This document shows positions 59,170 through 64,000 of a DNA stretch of 64,000 nt, in pieces. Made by a program: the position numbers and the translations under genes. This DNA comes from the human T2T-CHM13v2.0 reference genome, Homo sapiens, in the NCBI RefSeq assembly GCF_009914755.1, contig NC_060929.1; one strand, written 5' to 3'. How positions within the stretch are numbered: the stretch's first letter is position 1; each line of letters opens with the position of its first letter. The notes under the pieces are model-generated. The model worked only from the letters and a program-made list of their open reading frames with translations. It was not told the origin of the DNA and searched no databases.

Positions 59170-59782
59170 TTGCAGTTCCTCAAAAAGTTAAACATAGAAT
59201 TCTCATATAATCCAGCAATTCTACTCCTAGGTAAATATCCACAAAAATGCTAGAAAGCAAGAACTCAGATAAATTGTACACAAATGTTCATAACAGCAAC
59301 AGTCACAAGAACCAAACAGGGGAATCGACCCAAGTATCCATCAACAGATGAATTAATAAAGTATCATATATCCACACAATGGAAAATTATTCAGCCTTGA
59401 AAAGTAATGAAATTCTGATATATGCCACAACATGGATCTTGAAAGTATTATGCTAAGTGAAACAAGCCAGACACAAACAAAACAAATATTATATGATTCC
59501 ACTTATATGAGGTACCTTGAATAGGCCAATTTATAAAGGGATAAAGTAGAACAGAGGTTGCCACAGGCTGCAGGGGCAGGTGGGGAGGGTGGAGAGGGTA
59601 GAAGGAATAGGGAGCTATTATTAAATGGGTACAGAGTTTCTATTTGGGATGATGAAAAGTTCTGGAAAGGGATACGTGGTGATGGTTACACAACGTTGTG
59701 AATGTGCTTAATGTTGCTGAATCATACACTTAAAAAATTGTGAAAACGGCAAATTTTGTTATGTACATTTTATTACAATAAG
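59170..59782 (+). mobile_element. L1MB-type 3' end
   Basis: ccagcaattctactcctagg; tatgctaagtgaaacaagccagacaca; ttaaatgggtacagagtttc...gatgatgaaaagttctgga. Confidence 0.85.
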
Positions 59783-59806
59783 AAAGGTTAACAACTCAAC
59801 ACTTGA

Positions 59807-60572
<766 letters not shown>

Positions 60573-61588
60573 TTAAGTTCTGGCACAACCAGAATTGACC
60601 ACAAAGTCACCCAGTACTGACAGCAAAACCCATATCTTGTTGAACTACTATATAGTGTCAGGGGATGAGTTTTATAGGTTTACAACTCATTTCATTAAAA
60701 ACTTAAGAGATGAGCTGCTTTCCCAAGGCCGAATAGTTTGCTGCTTAAATTTTATAGATTAAAATTATGCATATAAAGAATTACTTACTTTCGTTGGATT
60801 ATTGGAAGTTTGTAAGTTTTAAAAAAAATTGAGTCCAAAACATATTGCATAAATGACACCTGCAAAAAAAGTAAAATTTATAACTTCATAAGAAGTACTG
60901 TAAACACCAAAGACTGAAGACGTTCAGAAGACCAGATGTGAAATATTTAGTTAACAAGTGCCCTAACAGAGATACTCTAGAGAAGCAAGACAGAAAAGCC
61001 AAAAAAACTGTACCACAAATATGAGCAAGACCTCCACCTTTTCACCAGTGTGCTGGATAACCAGACCAATAACCATGGGAACAGCAGGTAGAATCATTTG
61101 AGCCTCTTCCCTTCCTTATCCCCCTCCCCTCCCACAGGAATACCCCTGGAAAGGCCACTATCCATAGAAATAAAATATCAATTAGTACAGTGCCTATCAC
61201 ATAGCAGATGTTTAATACATACTTCTTGATGTTCCATTTCAAACTGAAGTCAGAGAAAACATTGACTTCAACTACATCTGCTTTCTAGTCATGCTTCCTG
61301 AGATAGTCATTCCTTATAAATTAAGGTAGAATAATCAAGTAAGTCATATCCACAATTCATATAGATGTGATTGACAATATATCTGTGTATATAGTAAAGT
61401 AGTTATAATACATAGGTAACAAGAAAAATCATGAATGTTGATAAACACAAAAGATTTTTCTGTGCTACAGAAATGACCTTATATTTGCATTTATTAGGCA
61501 CCCATTATCTTCACTTCTTGTTGTTAGAAGAAAACAGAGTAATACCTCTATCCCTGGGTATATCTGATACGAAAACAACCGACAAAAG

Positions 61589-61825
<237 letters not shown>

Positions 61826-62133
61826 GTAGGTCAGAATCCCACAAAATGGTGAGTTCTGAATGTCAGGTGTCTTATATTGGGTTACAAATCCTGACAAGAC
61901 AAGTGACAGGGTTTTCTGAAAGTCTCTGAAACTCAGTGCCATCTCGATCTGTTTGGTTAAAAGCAGCAGCAAGGTAGGAAATAGTTGGTCTGTGTCTCTG
62001 GCTATCCTGATATGCCTTAGATAAAAACTGAAGGCAGCATGTTCCTGCTCTTTTTTCTGCATCTGCTTTCACAAAAAATATCCTCTTCCCACCCAGATAT
62101 AATCTGGGTGGCTTCTGGAATATGTCCTTTAAC

Positions 62134-62169
62134 CTACACCTGATCTTAGCCAAAAGGCCGAGAAGCAGT
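62134..62169 (-). pseudogene. 3'-truncated (tailless) U2 snRNA retropseudogene, U2 nt 1-36
   Basis: Reverse complement ACTGCTTCTCGGCCTTTTGGCTAAGATCAGGTGTAG matches 33/36 of the U2 5' end; 14-bp TSD tgtcctttaaccta at 62123-62136 and 62171-62184. Confidence 0.92.
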
Positions 62170-62799
62170 GTGTCCTTTAACCTAAAAGAGAGGTCCTTAC
62201 AGAGATCAGAGACTTGACAAGAAGTCGACTAGGAGTTTGTGGCCTTCTGTCTATTCTAGTCCTGATGCAATTTCTCCCTAGTTCATGTTTTTGGTAAAAA
62301 TCACTTAAAATTTTTTTTTTTTTCTATTTAGTGTACTAAGCAGAAACCACCAGGCAGTGTAGTGCTGACTGAGTTTTTGAGTTTTCTGGGATATGATTTT
62401 TAGCTATTTTACTATGTAATATATAAACAAAAAATGCTAAGTACCCACTACTTTAATTCAGTAACTTTGCTTGTATTTGCGTGACATCTATATATCAGTT
62501 TCTCATGAAGAAAAACTATCATAAAAATTTTAAGGTAAAATTTAACACGAATATTAGGAAAAAACACACTTTCGCAATTTGGAGTAAGGTGAATGACACA
62601 TCCTTTCCTTTTCTAGTAATTTCTAAATTTAGAAATTGAGAAATTTTCTAACAGTGTCAATCTCAACTACTTCTTACCTGAAAGGTTTCTTAAGATTTTG
62701 TATAAATTAAGTTACTTCATGCTATACATTTAGGAGGCAAAAATTCAATGAAAATCATTTCATGACTTCAAGCACAGAATTTCAGGATGTCAAAATCAT

Positions 62800-64000
62800 T
62801 TGATATCAAATAAATGCAATGGTTAAAACAACAATAAGAATCCACTGCCATCAAACAAACTTTCCCCGACCTGCCTCCCATTCCAGTACTGACAAAATCA
62901 GGACCACAAGGAGATAAATGACCGAAGTGTATATGCTTCAGTTAAATAAAAACATGGGAGACTGTAGCCCACATGTTAAAGAATACATTTAATTTTAACA
63001 GGGCAAATAAACTAGTTTTTAAAGGTAGTGGTGGTGTTGGCTTAATTTTGAGTGTTCCTTTTATTTCCACCTGAAAAAAAAAGTGAGCTTTTCCTCTAAC
63101 TGCTTCCCAACAGTTCAATGACAGCAGAACATCAAATCTATGATGGTGCTGGAGATCTTCTATAGAGACAAGGAGAGATGCAACTTCGTGAGCATGTTTT
63201 AGTCTGCAGAAAGAAAGTGGAAAAGAGAAAGAGAGAGAGAGGAGAACAAAAACTAATTTTCCAGGCAGGGGAATACTTATAAAACCTTTTATGTCAAAGT
63301 TAGGATTTCACAACATAACACACTAATGCAAAATCCAGTAGCACCTGAAAGATTTAAGTAAATGCTGTCATCATTTAAATGCTTTTAAATATCTGTAAAA
63401 GACTGGAGGAAAAAAAGATAAAGTACATTCTCCAGAGAACAAATGTATTTCAAAATAAAAACTGTATTTTTGCTTTTCTTTTTTTTTTTCAATTTTTGTT
63501 TTTGTACAAGATTCAATAGTTATCACATATTAACTTATACACAATGGGATCAACCTCCTCCTCCATGTCGCTTCAAGTCCACATGTTCAGGCTATAGTCC
63601 CCAACATTATTTTCTGAGAAATATATTACCACAGTTTGATTTAAATATAGATACAGTATATAATACTTGTCTCTGGGAAAAATCAAATTTTAATATGCAA
63701 ATGTTTATATAATACAGAAATGGAAAAAACTACAGTAGGCACACAACCTAATTATGACTTGTGGATGATGATTTCTACATACTCTCCTACTGTAAATGAA
63801 TAGTTAAAAGTCTTAAGAAGATTTTATTTATATGTGCACTTGTGTCCACCTTATCCCATATACTGTACATGTCTATTGACAATCTGGGAATTTAAAGGTG
63901 CAGCCCTCAAGAGATTGTTAAATCACTAAAAAAGGAAACAATTAGGCTCTATTGGACAAGAAAAACACTCACAAAATTTCCAATTTTAAATTTCATTATC
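62800..64000 (-). other. HOMER1: Probable distal 3' UTR / 3' flank of the convergent neighbouring gene HOMER1
   Basis: Repeat-free AU-rich sequence with minus-strand AATAAA (tttatt at 63060-63065 and 63823-63828). Gene identity is from recalled JMY-HOMER1 tail-to-tail synteny only; no coding exon is in the window and the left boundary is uncertain. Confidence 0.4.

Noticed and set aside
63467-63502. T-rich tract as the tail of a retrocopy
   Set aside because: No TSD or recognisable body; more likely a genomic A-rich stretch on the minus strand that could cause internal oligo-dT priming.

Overview
Primate (human-like) genomic DNA, AT-rich and Alu-dense. Bases 1 to ~17.4 kb hold the 3' end of JMY on the + strand: three coding exons (2605-2700, 4458-5052, 6201-6508) encoding the poly-proline / three-WH2 / central / acidic C-terminus, then an intron starting 3 nt after the stop codon and a ~5.6-kb non-coding last exon ending near AATAAA at 17363. 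The rest is intergenic and mostly retroelement-derived: about 55 Alu copies or fragments, a 5'-truncated ~5.4-kb L1PA on the - strand, a ~10-kb decayed two-LTR ERV1 (MER4-group) provirus, and MLT1, L2, MIR, old L1M and hAT fragments. The final ~1-2 kb is probably the distal 3' region of the convergent neighbour HOMER1, a call that rests on recalled synteny and not on coding evidence. Almost all other ORFs in the track are Alu or L1 translation artefacts. I found no convincing new biological system. The most unusual observations are small retrotransposition relics (a ~40-nt polyadenylated orphan insert in the ERV polypurine tract, a tailless 36-nt U2 retrocopy, three insertions at one target site) and a few testable regulatory hypotheses. 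Repeat subfamily names and boundaries are by eye and approximate.
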